Shown: positions 20,090 to 30,378, counted from the stretch's first letter. The stretch is 64,000 nt of DNA from Longimicrobiales bacterium (GCA_963422615.1 OY730414.1:1410302-1474301), one strand, 5' to 3'. Made by a program: numbers and translations. Notes: generated by a model from the sequence alone, not told the origin.

Positions 20090-21487
20090 GTGACGCTTTT
20101 CCGAAGGGCTCTGGTCGGTGCGGTCCTCGCTCTGGCGGCTTTGGTCGCCTGGCCGTCTTCGCCTGCCGCCCATGAGATCCCGACGGACGTGGTCGTACGG
20201 GCCTTCGTGAAGGCGCAGGACGGGTTGCTGTGGCTCGTGGTCCGGGTGCCCCTCACCTCTATGCGGGACGTGGACTTTCCGGTCCGGGGCCCGGGGTACG
20301 TGGACATCGAGGGCGCCCGTCCCCTTCTGGCGGACCAGGCGAGCCTGTGGATTGCCGGCTACGTGGCCCTCTACGAGGGGTCCTCCCGGCTCCCGCCCCC
20401 CGTCGTGACCGGAGCCCGCATCTCCCTTCCCTCCGATCCCTCCTTTGCGGACTACGACCGGGCGATGGCCCATGTCAACGGCTCCCCGCTCCCCGCCGGC
20501 ACCGACCTGGTCCTGGAGCAGGCCATGCTCGATGTGGTCCTCCGAACCCCTGTCCGGTCCCAAGAGTCGCGCTTCTCCATCGACCCCGCCTGGGCCCACT
20601 TGGGGGTCCGCACGACCACGGTACTTCGATTCGTGACCCCTGGCGGAGAGGAGAGGATCTTTCAGTACCGAGGGAATCCGGGGCGCGTCCATCTGGACCC
20701 CCGGTGGCACCAGGCGTTCCTGCGCTTCGTGTCCCTGGGCTTTTCCCACATCCTGGACGGGGCCGACCACCTCCTTTTCCTGCTGTGTCTTGTGATCCCT
20801 CTTCGGCGATTCTGGCCTCTGGTATCCGTGGTCACAGCCTTTACGGTTGCCCACTCCATCACCCTGGCAGCGTCGGTCTTGGGACTGGCCCCCGGCGCGC
20901 TCTGGTTTCCGCCCCTGATTGAGACCCTGATTGCCGGGTCCATTGTCTGGATGGCCGTGGAGAACATCCTCGGCGGAGGTCTGCGCAGGCGGTGGGCGTG
21001 GGCCTTCGGCTTCGGCCTGGTCCACGGCTTCGGCTTTTCCTTTCTGCTTCGCGAGTCGCTTCAGTTCGCAGGTTCGCACCTGTTCAGCTCCCTCCTCGCC
21101 TTCAACGCCGGGGTTGAACTGGGGCAGCTCTTCGTACTGCTGTTGGCGGTTCCGGGACTTGCGCTCTTGTTCTCCAAAGGGGTTTCTCCCCGCGTGGGGA
21201 ACATCGTCGTCTCGGCGTTGGTCGCCCACGCCAGCTGGCACTGGATGAGGGAGCGGTGGAGCCGCCTGGTGGCCTACGACTTCCGGTGGCCGGGGATGGA
21301 CGCCGCCTTCGCGGCCGCCTTGCTCCGGTGGGTCCTTCTTCTGTTGGTCGTGGCAGGCACGGCGTGGATCCTGGGGGGCGCCTACCGGCGACTGGCGGAG
21401 CGACTGCCCAGGTCCCAGGATACTGAAGCCGGGGCGGGAGCCGAGGCGGCCGGGGTGGGCGCAGAGACGACGGTGCCAACGTCGTAG
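20090..21487 (+). CDS. HupE/UreJ-family membrane protein with N-terminal periplasmic domain
   Basis: signal peptide ending AAH-E; LGFSHILDGADHLLFL, TAFTVAHSITL, FGLVHGFGF, FNAGVELGQ. Confidence 0.88.
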   Translation: MTLFRRALVGAVLALAALVAWPSSPAAHEIPTDVVVRAFVKAQDGLLWLVVRVPLTSMRDVDFPVRGPGYVDIEGARPLLADQASLWIAGYVALYEGSSRLPPPVVTGARISLPSDPSFADYDRAMAHVNGSPLPAGTDLVLEQAMLDVVLRTPVRSQESRFSIDPAWAHLGVRTTTVLRFVTPGGEERIFQYRGNPGRVHLDPRWHQAFLRFVSLGFSHILDGADHLLFLLCLVIPLRRFWPLVSVVTAFTVAHSITLAASVLGLAPGALWFPPLIETLIAGSIVWMAVENILGGGLRRRWAWAFGFGLVHGFGFSFLLRESLQFAGSHLFSSLLAFNAGVELGQLFVLLLAVPGLALLFSKGVSPRVGNIVVSALVAHASWHWMRERWSRLVAYDFRWPGMDAAFAAALLRWVLLLLVVAGTAWILGGAYRRLAERLPRSQDTEAGAGAEAAGVGAETTVPTS

Positions 21488-21633
21488 GACGACCGACCGC
21501 AGGGACCCTGGCCCGGAACGGAACCCTGGCCGACTCCCTGGACTTCGTCGTAAGCTCCGTCCGGGACGGCGCTCCGAAGGCACGTCAATTGAAACGGGTT
21601 CAAGACGATAACGGGTTCATCAGGAGAGATCAG

Positions 21634-22644
21634 ATGTCAAACGGATCACGATTCGGGTTCACTGCGGCCGTCCTGACGCTGGCCGCCGGGGCCGGGAGCG
21701 CTGCGGCGCAGGCGGGATTGCCTAACCCCTACCAAGCCGTGGACGGATGGGCAAAGCTGGACAGGCCCTGGGGCGCGACGAGCGCGGTCTACCCGGATGG
21801 AAACGGAAACATCTGGGTCGCGGACCGTTGCGGCGCCAACCTCTGCGTCGGCAGTGATCTGGATCCGGTGATGCTCTTCGACTCCGGGGGGAACTTGGTC
21901 CGCAGCTTTGGGGCCGGGGAGATCGTCTGGCCTCACGGGATGTTCGTGGACGACGAAGGGAACGTGTGGATTACCGACGCCGTGGGGTACGCACCGGTGC
22001 CCGCGGGGGTCGGTCACGTGATTCTCAAGTACAGTCCCCAGGGGGAGCTTCTCATGACATTGGGCGTCCAGGGAGTGGCGGGGGCGGGAGACAGGATCTT
22101 CAACAAACCTTCGGACGTCCTTGTAGCCCCCGACGGCAGCATATTTGTCGCCGACGGTCACGACGCGGGGGGCAACAACCGAATCGTGAAGCTCGCTCCC
22201 GACGGTTCCTTCCTCATGGCCTGGGGGGAGACGGGGTCGGGGGTAGGTCAGTTTCAGGACCCCCACGCCCTGGCCATGGACTCCCAAGGGCGTCTCTTCG
22301 TCGGGGACCGGGGGAACAGCCGGATCCAGATCTTCGACCAGGAGGGGAATCACCTGGAAACGTGGACCCAGTTCGGGCGACCCAGCGGTCTGTTCATTGA
22401 CGCCAACGACGTCCTGTACGCGGCCGACTCCGAGTCGAATGCCCGCCGCAACCGGGGCTACAGACGGGGCATCTACATCGGCAACGCTGCCGACGGCTGG
22501 GTGACCGCCTTCATCCCCGACCCCGAGCCCGACCCCGACAACGCGGGGACGAGCGCCGCCGAGGGGGTAGCGGTGGATCGGTACGGGAATGTCTACGGCG
22601 CGGAGGTTGGGCCCAGACGGCTGCGGCGGTACGAGAAGCGATAG
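21634..22644 (+). CDS. NHL-repeat beta-propeller, PAL-like
   Basis: AGGAG RBS; signal peptide; WPHGMFVD, FNKPSDV, PHALAMDSQGRLFVGDRGNSRIQIFD. Confidence 0.87.
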   Translation: MSNGSRFGFTAAVLTLAAGAGSAAAQAGLPNPYQAVDGWAKLDRPWGATSAVYPDGNGNIWVADRCGANLCVGSDLDPVMLFDSGGNLVRSFGAGEIVWPHGMFVDDEGNVWITDAVGYAPVPAGVGHVILKYSPQGELLMTLGVQGVAGAGDRIFNKPSDVLVAPDGSIFVADGHDAGGNNRIVKLAPDGSFLMAWGETGSGVGQFQDPHALAMDSQGRLFVGDRGNSRIQIFDQEGNHLETWTQFGRPSGLFIDANDVLYAADSESNARRNRGYRRGIYIGNAADGWVTAFIPDPEPDPDNAGTSAAEGVAVDRYGNVYGAEVGPRRLRRYEKR

Positions 22645-23064
22645 CTCGAGGTCTAGGGGGCCTTGTCCCTCGGGGGACCAGCCATAAGAAAAGACCCCGG
22701 ACGGTGCGCGAGCCCCGCAAGTGTGCGGCGCAAGGGAGTTTTCGGACGGGGTGCCGGCGACTGGCCGCCGGCACGGGGTCCACGCGGGTTCGGGTCCGGA
22801 GTGATCCGGCGGGAATCGCACGGAGAGACTGATCCACCCTGGCACAGGGTCGGGAGGCGACGGTAGGCCCGGTCAATCCACAGGCATGGACGCCCCGACC
22901 GGGATGAAGGATCCGATTGCAGTGGCTCCGGTGAACGACCAAGAAGGGCACGGGCGATGCTCCGCGCCGGCATCGTCGTGGTCCAGCAGAGGGGTTGTCA
23001 CCGGATGCCCCCGCATCCACCACACCAGCCGCCGAGACCGACGGGTCGATTGGCGGCTGTCCCC

Positions 23065-24708
23065 TCAGCTACCTCCATCCTCGCTAACCGGCTGGGCCCG
23101 CACCGTCGGGTACTCGATGCCCAGCTGCTCCAGGTACGTCTCGTAGCGGGAAGGATCGTAGTAGTACTTCTCCAGCTCCGGCTTCCACCGCTGCATGATG
23201 TCGGCGTTCAGCCAAATGGCGGGCTTGTCGTCGGGGGTAATGAACGGGGTGTACGTCATCTCCTCCAACTGCACATTGTTGAAGTAGTCCCAGGCTTCAG
23301 CGATCAGCTCCTCTTCCAACAGGAGGTCAAGAAGGGTAAGGGCCTGGACCTTCGCGCCGGCCACCGCCCCTTTGTGAGCAATCGGCGTCGCCATCGCGAT
23401 CCCGTTGGCCCAGTTGTGTCCCGGCGTGCCACTCACGTTGGAGGGGAATCGAAGCGTGACGGTCGGCATGTTCCAGGAGATGTCGCCGATGTCGTCGGAG
23501 CCGCCTCCCAAGGACCGGCTCAGGTCCACGGGCCCCTGGAGCTCCCTGATCTCGGTGGCCAGCCCCTCCTCCTCGCTCCCCAGCTCCCGCTGTATCCCCT
23601 TGGCCAGAGCGATGTCGTCTTCACTCCATTCAGGGAGGCCGACGTGCCGGATGTTCGCGTACGTTGCCTCGGCCACGGGCTTGCTGAAGTGGCGGCTCCA
23701 AGCCGAACCCACGGTCATGATCGTGTCGATCTGGGTATCGGTCATGAGCGCGGCCCCCTGGGCCATTCTCTTCGCCGCGTCGTAGATGGCCATGACGTGC
23801 TCGTAGTCCCGCTCCCGGAAGAAGAACCAGATCGTGGACGTCTGGGGCACCACGTTGGGCTGATCGCCTCCGTCCACAATGATGTAGTGGATCCGATAGG
23901 GTGGCCGGAGGTGCTCCCGCTTGAACTCGATCGCCTGGGCCAGAAGCATGACGGCGTCCAGAGCCGAGCGCCCGCGCCAGGGAGCGCCGGCGGAGTGGGC
24001 GGTCTCGCCGGTAAAGCGGAACTGGACCGATACGAGGGCATTGCCCCCGCCTTGACCCCAGGAGACCCCGAAGTTGTTGCTCACATGGGTGAACAGGTTC
24101 ACGTCCACGCCTTCAAAAACCCCGTCGCGCACGAAGTACGCCTTGGAGCCCAGCTGCTCTTCCGCGACTCCGGGCCAGATGAGAAGCGTGCCCGAGATAC
24201 CTTCCCGCTCCATGAGCTCCTTGACGGCCAGCGCGGCGACGATGTTCACGGCTTGTCCCGAGTTGTGTCCTTCACCGTGCCCGGGTGCCATCGGAAGGAT
24301 GGGTTCCCGGTAGCCCACTCCCGGTTTCTGATTGGACTGGGGGATGCCATCCACGTCGGATCCCAGGGCGATCACGGGCGAACCGCTGCCGTTGGACCAA
24401 CGGGCGGTCCACGCGCTGGGCATTCCCGCAACTCCCAGCTCAATGTCGAAGCCGGCTTCCTCGAGAATGCCCGTCAGGTAACGCTGGGTCTCGAACTCCT
24501 GCATGCCCAGTTCGCTGAACGAAAAGAGCATGTCCACAATTTCCTGGACCTGCTTGGAACGCGCCTGGACGCTCTCCATGGCTTCCGCCTTCAGGTCTTC
24601 CAGGTCCTGGGCCCGACTTTGGGGTGGAAGGGCCCATGCGGAGGTCGAAATCGCGACGAAGGCGGGTACGGAAAGGGCAATAACGCGCTTGGAAGCGAAC
24701 GAACGCAT
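23065..24708 (-). CDS. M20 amidohydrolase (AbgB-like) with signal peptide
   Basis: SELGMQEF, GHGEGHN, AEE, TAHSAGAPWRGRSALDA, GGSDDIGDISW; AAGGAG upstream of ATG 24708. Confidence 0.88.
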   Translation of the reverse strand: MRSFASKRVIALSVPAFVAISTSAWALPPQSRAQDLEDLKAEAMESVQARSKQVQEIVDMLFSFSELGMQEFETQRYLTGILEEAGFDIELGVAGMPSAWTARWSNGSGSPVIALGSDVDGIPQSNQKPGVGYREPILPMAPGHGEGHNSGQAVNIVAALAVKELMEREGISGTLLIWPGVAEEQLGSKAYFVRDGVFEGVDVNLFTHVSNNFGVSWGQGGGNALVSVQFRFTGETAHSAGAPWRGRSALDAVMLLAQAIEFKREHLRPPYRIHYIIVDGGDQPNVVPQTSTIWFFFRERDYEHVMAIYDAAKRMAQGAALMTDTQIDTIMTVGSAWSRHFSKPVAEATYANIRHVGLPEWSEDDIALAKGIQRELGSEEEGLATEIRELQGPVDLSRSLGGGSDDIGDISWNMPTVTLRFPSNVSGTPGHNWANGIAMATPIAHKGAVAGAKVQALTLLDLLLEEELIAEAWDYFNNVQLEEMTYTPFITPDDKPAIWLNADIMQRWKPELEKYYYDPSRYETYLEQLGIEYPTVRAQPVSEDGGS

Positions 24709-24880
24709 GGGCCTTGCTCCTTGTGGGGGCTCCTGTGGGGATTCGATCGGAAACGGTGAATGTGGCATGTCAAGTTGGGGTGAAGGGTGGGGGGCGCGCC
24801 AGATCGTCGGGACACCGGATCGCCAGGACAGGGGAGCCCGAAAGGATTCGCAAAGACCCGTCTCCACCCCGAATCCAAAG

Positions 24881-24940
24881 GCGGCAAGTAAGAGACCAGG
24901 ACGACAAGTAAGAGGCCCGGTCGGGCGATAAGAGGAGCCG
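24881..24940. repeat. three degenerate 20-bp tandem units
   Basis: CAAGTAAGAG at 24885 and 24905; TAAGAG at 24889, 24909, 24929. Confidence 0.7.
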
Positions 24941-25114
24941 GCCCCGCCGGTGCCTGGGAACCCCGAGGCCGGGAATCGAGTTGCTTGACGCCTGGGTTGC
25001 CTGCCGCCCAGGATGGAAGCAAGCATGCAGCGGCAGCACAGCCCGTCGTCGCTCGTCGCCAGTAGCGCAACCCGTCGTCTCCAGTCTCCTCGCAAAGTGG
25101 ACTTCCCCTTAGTC

Positions 25115-26578
25115 ATGAACCGCTCTCTCCCCACGCTTTCGCTCGTCGCCCTCCATCTTGTGCTCCCGGTTGCGGCCGGGTGCGCTCAGACGGGAGGCGA
25201 AGACCTCACCCGGGATCCCCGCTTTCAGCAGGCGGAGGACCTCTTCGCCGCTTGGCTCGACGCCAAGATGGACTACGAAAAAATCCCCGGGGTGTCGGCG
25301 GGTCTGATTCACGATCAGGACTTGGTTTGGGCCAAGGGTTACGGGTACGCCCACCCGGACTCCCGCGCTCCGTCAACCCCGTCGACCCTGTACTCCATCT
25401 GCTCGATTTCGAAGCTCTTCACGTCCATCGGGGTGATGCAGCAGCGGGACCAGGGCAACCTCGAACTGGGAGACGCGGTTTCGGCCCTCCTCCCATGGTA
25501 CGACTTGGAACCGTCTCATCCCCGGGGCCCCGAGGTCACCGTCAAGGGCATCCTGACCCATTCTTCGGGGCTCCCCCGGGAGTCGGCCCACCCCTACTGG
25601 ACGGGACCCGAGTTCCCATTTCCAACTCGCGAAGAGATCATTGAAGGCCTTGCCGAACAGAAGACCCTCTATCCCGCCGACCGCTACTTCCAGTACTCCA
25701 ACCTGGGCATGTCCCTTGCGGGGCAGCTCGTGGAGGAGGCGTCGGGGATGGCGTACGACGACTACGTGCGGAGCCGTATCCTGAGCCCGCTGGGCATGGT
25801 GGACACCTACACCGATATCCCCGCCCAGCACCGAGGCGGCCGCTTCGCCACCGGATACACCCGGCTGGCGCGAGACGGGAACCGGGCCGAGGCCCCCTTC
25901 TTTCAGGCGCGGGGGGTTGCCCCGGCGGCCGGATTCGCGTCGACGGTGGAAGATCTGGCCCGTTTCGCTTCTTGGCAGTTCCGGCTGCTGGAAGAAGGCG
26001 GAACCGAGGTCCTGGATGTCAACACGCTTCGGGAAATGCACCGGGTCCACTGGGTGGACCCCGACTTCGAGACCATGTGGGGGCTCGGCTTCGCCGTCTC
26101 CCGCCGCGCCGACCAGCGCACGGTTGGCCATGGTGGAAGTTGTCCCGGGTTCCGCGCCACGCTTCAGCTCATTCCGGCGAAGAAGCTGGCTGGAGTCGTG
26201 ATGATCAACGCCCAAGGAACGAGTCCGGACCAGATTTGGGCCCGAATGGCCGGTACCCTGGGGGCTGCGCTGGAATCCATACTGGAGGACCCGGACGGCG
26301 GGACGCGGCGACCGGCTTCTCTGGCGGAGTACGAGGGGCTGTACGAATCCGACTGGGGGGAGACGGTCATCCTGCGTTGGGACGAGGGCCTTGCGGCGGT
26401 CCGGGTGCCCGTTGCCGACCCCGTGGAGGCCATGACCCGGCTGACGGCCGCCGGGGCCGACAGCTTCAGACGCGTTCGGGACGACGGAGAACCGGGAGAG
26501 GCGTACGTGTTCCACCGAACCGACGGCAGCATCGATCGCCTGAGCGTGCATGGAAATTTCTCCAGAAAGGTGCGGTAG
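25115..26578 (+). CDS. serine hydrolase, beta-lactamase/AmpC-like lipoprotein
   Basis: lipobox AAGC; SxxK (SISK), YSN, LTHSSGL, HGG. Confidence 0.9.
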   Translation: MNRSLPTLSLVALHLVLPVAAGCAQTGGEDLTRDPRFQQAEDLFAAWLDAKMDYEKIPGVSAGLIHDQDLVWAKGYGYAHPDSRAPSTPSTLYSICSISKLFTSIGVMQQRDQGNLELGDAVSALLPWYDLEPSHPRGPEVTVKGILTHSSGLPRESAHPYWTGPEFPFPTREEIIEGLAEQKTLYPADRYFQYSNLGMSLAGQLVEEASGMAYDDYVRSRILSPLGMVDTYTDIPAQHRGGRFATGYTRLARDGNRAEAPFFQARGVAPAAGFASTVEDLARFASWQFRLLEEGGTEVLDVNTLREMHRVHWVDPDFETMWGLGFAVSRRADQRTVGHGGSCPGFRATLQLIPAKKLAGVVMINAQGTSPDQIWARMAGTLGAALESILEDPDGGTRRPASLAEYEGLYESDWGETVILRWDEGLAAVRVPVADPVEAMTRLTAAGADSFRRVRDDGEPGEAYVFHRTDGSIDRLSVHGNFSRKVR

Positions 26579-26848
26579 CGATCGGGAGGGCTTGGGCGTT
26601 GTTTGTTCCTGTGGCGAGAATCGAGGCCGGCGGATTGCCCTCATGGCGTTGCTTGGCCGCAAGCCTAGGGTTTCAAGCTCTCCGGAGTGATTGACACCTC
26701 CTTCCGTCCGGGCGAAGTTTCGGAGTCGGGCTCCCGGCGGAAGCGCTGTTGGCGTTTCGGCCGGGCAGACCGTCGCTTGCTCGCGATGGCCGCAGCCCCG
26801 AGTCCGGCACCACCAACCAGACCCTGAGGGGAATTCAGGACAAGCATC

Positions 26849-28504
26849 ATGTTCAAGTCATTCGGCGCCCGGATCGTCGTCATCCTGGCGGCCCTCGCCC
26901 TCGCCACCGGTTACCTCTGGGGCCGGGGGTTGAAGCTGGGCCTGGACCTCCAGGGAGGGATGCACCTCGTCCTGGAGATCGAAGACCCGGACGGAACCAT
27001 GACGACGGAGGCTCGCAGCGACGCGATTGACCAGGCGGAGCGCATCATACGGACTCGAGTCGACGAGTTCGGGGTCGAAGAGCCGCTGATCCAGAAGAGC
27101 GGCGAAGACCGTCTCATCGTGGAGCTCGCCGGACTGGACGACGAGAGCCGGGCCAAGGAGGTCATCAACCAGCAAGCGTACCTGGAATGGAAGCTGGTAC
27201 TGGAGACCACCCAGGTAGATCGGGCCCTGGAGCGCATTGACCGGGCCGTTGTAGCGGCAATTGGAGAAGAGGGACTGCGGGAGATGGGGCGGGCGACCGA
27301 GTCCGGGCCGACCCGTTCGATTCAGCAGCTTCTGTTCAGTCCCCAGGATTCGGTTCAAGGGGCTGGGGACAGCGCGTCGACGGACGGAGCCGACACCGCC
27401 GACGCCTTGGGAGAAGAGGATGCCCCGGACGAAGAGGAGCCCGCAGAAGCCCTGAACTTCCGTCCCTTTACCGGCCTTTTGAATACCGGAGAGGTGGGCA
27501 CCTACCTGGTGGACGTGGCGGATGTGGAAACCGCGAACCGTTTCATGGCGTTGGAGGAGTTTCAACGCGCCCTTCCGCGCAACATCAGTCTCCAATGGAG
27601 CTGGGATTCGATCCCCAGGGGAACGGGCTACTACCGGGAGCTTTACGTGCTGGAGGAGGAGCCGTTCCTTACCGGTGATCAGCTGGAAAACGCGACGGCG
27701 AACCGGGACCTCCAGTTCAACCAAGCCCAGGTTCTCTTCGAGCTGAACCGGCGGGGCGGGCGGGACTTCCAGCGTCTTACCAGCGCCCACATCGGGGACC
27801 GGATCGCCATTGTCCTGGACGAGGAAGTGGTGAGCGCACCGGTTGTCAGGGACAGGATCGGGGCCAACGGGTCCATCGACCTGGGTTCGGCCGACATGTC
27901 GGAGGCGGCGGACTTGGCCCTCGTTCTCCGGGCAGGGTCTCTGCCGGCCCGGCTCCAGATCATGGAAGAGCGGACCGTCGGCCCCTCCCTGGGTCAGGAC
28001 TCCATTGACCAGGGTCGAATCGCGGGAATCGTCGGCTTGGTCGCCGTCCTCGGGATCATGATGATCTACTATAAGATAGCGGGCATCCTTGCCGTCTGTG
28101 CCCTGGGCATGTACGTGCTCCTGGTTCTCGGCGGACTGGCCGCCCTGGGCGCAAATCTGACGCTGCCGGGAATCGCCGGGCTCATCCTCTCTGTCGGGAT
28201 GGCCGTGGACGCCAACGTGCTCATTTTCGAGCGAATACGAGAGGAACTGGCCAAGAGGCGGGCACCCAGAACGGCCGTCGACGAAGGCTTCGGAAATGCC
28301 CTCTCGGCAATCGTTGACGCGAACATCACCACGCTGATTACCGGGCTCATTCTCTTCCAGTTCGGAACCGGGCCCGTGAGAGGCTTCGCGGTGACCCTCT
28401 GCATCGGAATCGTGGCGTCCTTCTTCTCCGCCCTCTATGTGACCCGCACGCTCTTCCTCCTCTATCTCTCGGGGAAGAGGGGCTCGGACCCAGTAAGCAT
28501 TTAG
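26849..28504 (+). CDS. secD: protein translocase subunit SecD
   Basis: LGLDLQGG, VGPSLGQDSI, LTLPGIAG, GMAVDANVLIFERIREE. Confidence 0.97.
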   Translation: MFKSFGARIVVILAALALATGYLWGRGLKLGLDLQGGMHLVLEIEDPDGTMTTEARSDAIDQAERIIRTRVDEFGVEEPLIQKSGEDRLIVELAGLDDESRAKEVINQQAYLEWKLVLETTQVDRALERIDRAVVAAIGEEGLREMGRATESGPTRSIQQLLFSPQDSVQGAGDSASTDGADTADALGEEDAPDEEEPAEALNFRPFTGLLNTGEVGTYLVDVADVETANRFMALEEFQRALPRNISLQWSWDSIPRGTGYYRELYVLEEEPFLTGDQLENATANRDLQFNQAQVLFELNRRGGRDFQRLTSAHIGDRIAIVLDEEVVSAPVVRDRIGANGSIDLGSADMSEAADLALVLRAGSLPARLQIMEERTVGPSLGQDSIDQGRIAGIVGLVAVLGIMMIYYKIAGILAVCALGMYVLLVLGGLAALGANLTLPGIAGLILSVGMAVDANVLIFERIREELAKRRAPRTAVDEGFGNALSAIVDANITTLITGLILFQFGTGPVRGFAVTLCIGIVASFFSALYVTRTLFLLYLSGKRGSDPVSI

Positions 28505-28522
28505 CGAAGGACCGACGCTGCC

Positions 28523-29491
28523 ATGTGGCTTTTTCACGAAGCGAAGTACGGCTTCATTGACATGCGCCGGAAAGCCTTTGTCTTTTCGGCGATCTTCCTG
28601 GCCCTGGGTGTGGGGGCGATGGTGACGAATGCCGTTACCATCGGAAATTGGCAGAACTACGGGGTGGATTTCACCGGTGGTTCCTTGGTGCAGGTGCGTT
28701 TTCTGGAGCCCACGTCGGACAACGAACTCCGCCAGGCATTGGGAGGTGCTCAGGCTCCTCCCCTCACCCGTTTCGGTGCCGACAACGAGTTTGTCATCCG
28801 GGCCCCCCTTGAGGAGGACGTGCGGATCGAACAGGTGGCCCAGGAGTTGGGCGCCCTGATATCGGCTTCTTACGGGGAGGGGACCTTCGAGATCGTGCGC
28901 CGGGAGGTCGTGGGACCCAAGATCGGGGCCGAACTCCAGCAGAAGGCGGCCCTGGCCATCCTGATGTCTCTGGTGCTCACCCTGATCTACATCGCGATTC
29001 GCTTCGAATTTCGCTTCGGGGTCGCGTCGGTGATCGCCACGGCCCACGATGTGCTCCTCACCCTGGGTTTACTGGCGCTCTTCCGGGTCGAGATCTCCCT
29101 GCCCACGGTGGCGGCCATCCTGACGATCCTGGGGTACTCCCTGAACGACACGATCGTGGTCTTCGACCGGATTCGGGAGAATCTCAACAGCAAGGGTGGG
29201 CGCAGGGAGGACCCGTACCGCTTGGTGAATCGCTCCGTCAACGAAACCTTGCCCCGGACGGTGCTGACCTCGGGGACGACGCTGGCGGTTCTCTTCTCTC
29301 TCCTTGCCCTGGGGGGAGCCGTCATCCGGGACTTCACGATGGTGCTGATCCTGGGGGTGGCCATCGGCACCTATTCGTCCATCTTCATCGCCGCCCCGGC
29401 TCTGCTTGAGATCCAGAAGCGCTACGGCACAGGAACCACCTCCCAGGACCAAAAAAAGAAGCGAAGGGCGAAGGCGGCCGCGGCGGTTTGA
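28523..29491 (+). CDS. secF: protein translocase subunit SecF
   Basis: GVDFTGG, GYSLNDTIVVFDRIREN, GTYSSIFIA. Confidence 0.97.
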   Translation: MWLFHEAKYGFIDMRRKAFVFSAIFLALGVGAMVTNAVTIGNWQNYGVDFTGGSLVQVRFLEPTSDNELRQALGGAQAPPLTRFGADNEFVIRAPLEEDVRIEQVAQELGALISASYGEGTFEIVRREVVGPKIGAELQQKAALAILMSLVLTLIYIAIRFEFRFGVASVIATAHDVLLTLGLLALFRVEISLPTVAAILTILGYSLNDTIVVFDRIRENLNSKGGRREDPYRLVNRSVNETLPRTVLTSGTTLAVLFSLLALGGAVIRDFTMVLILGVAIGTYSSIFIAAPALLEIQKRYGTGTTSQDQKKKRRAKAAAAV

Positions 29492-30378
29492 GGTTTACGG
29501 ATTCTCACTGCCACCTCACCGACGATGCCTTCCACGGGGACCGCCCGGGTGTCTTGGAACGCGCCCGCAGGGCCGGTGTGTCCCGCATTGTAACGGTTGC
29601 CTCGGATCCATCGGATGCTCAGGTCGCCCGGAAGCTGGCCCAAACCCATGACCCGGTTTGGTACTCCGCGGGGATTCACCCTCATGTCGTGGGGGGATCC
29701 CCTAGCGGCGGGCTCTCCCAAGTGCGGGATGCAGCGGACCATCCCCGTTGCGTCGCCATCGGGGAGACGGGGCTTGACTATCACTACGACAGTGCTCCCC
29801 GGGCGTCCCAGCGGCGGAGTTTTTTGGACCACGCAAAGCTGGCGGCTGACCTCGAACTTCCTCTGATCGTCCACTCCCGAAACGCTGTGGCCGATACGGC
29901 GGCTGTGATTCGAGAGGTGGGGGGTGCCGGGCAGGTCCTGGGCGTGCTCCACTGCTTCACCGGCCCCAGGGACCTGCTTGCACTGGCTCTCGAGGCCGGT
30001 TGGTACGTGTCCTTTACCGGGATCGTCACCTTCCGGGGTTTCGACGTCGAGCTTCTGGACGCCGTCTCTTCCGGCCGGTACATGGTGGAGACCGATTCGC
30101 CATACCTGGCACCGGTACCTCGGCGGGGAAGACGGAACGAACCGGCTTTTTTGGTGCACGTCGCCCAAGCCATCGCCCGAATCCGGAATCAGCCCCTGGC
30201 AAGAGTGGCGGCGGATACGTGGGACAACGCGACCCGTTTCTTCCGTTTCGAGAAACGACGAACCCCCCGGCGGGTCGGCGTCTTCGATGGACGGCGGTTG
30301 GATCCCAGTGCGGGCCGTGGCTCGGAAGGGGCCGAAACCGCTCCTAGGGGGGGTGGGAGGAACGGGTACCCTTCGTGA
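29488..30378 (+). CDS. TatD-family hydrolase
   Basis: DSHCHL, GIHPH, AIGETGLDY, HSR, HCF, ETDSPYLAP. Confidence 0.93.
   Translation: MRFTDSHCHLTDDAFHGDRPGVLERARRAGVSRIVTVASDPSDAQVARKLAQTHDPVWYSAGIHPHVVGGSPSGGLSQVRDAADHPRCVAIGETGLDYHYDSAPRASQRRSFLDHAKLAADLELPLIVHSRNAVADTAAVIREVGGAGQVLGVLHCFTGPRDLLALALEAGWYVSFTGIVTFRGFDVELLDAVSSGRYMVETDSPYLAPVPRRGRRNEPAFLVHVAQAIARIRNQPLARVAADTWDNATRFFRFEKRRTPRRVGVFDGRRLDPSAGRGSEGAETAPRGGGRNGYPS

Noticed and set aside
24881..24940. CRISPR or mini-CRISPR array
   Set aside because: 10-bp core, no spacer-length unique segments, no cas genes.
25115..26578. Antibiotic-resistance beta-lactamase
   Set aside because: Motifs are shared by the broad serine-hydrolase family; resistance cannot be inferred.
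26858..29047. 729-aa antisense ORF and similar long ORFs (7233-9020, 22957-24759, 47450-49546, 54784-56412)
   Set aside because: Opposite well-supported genes; no domains or RBS.
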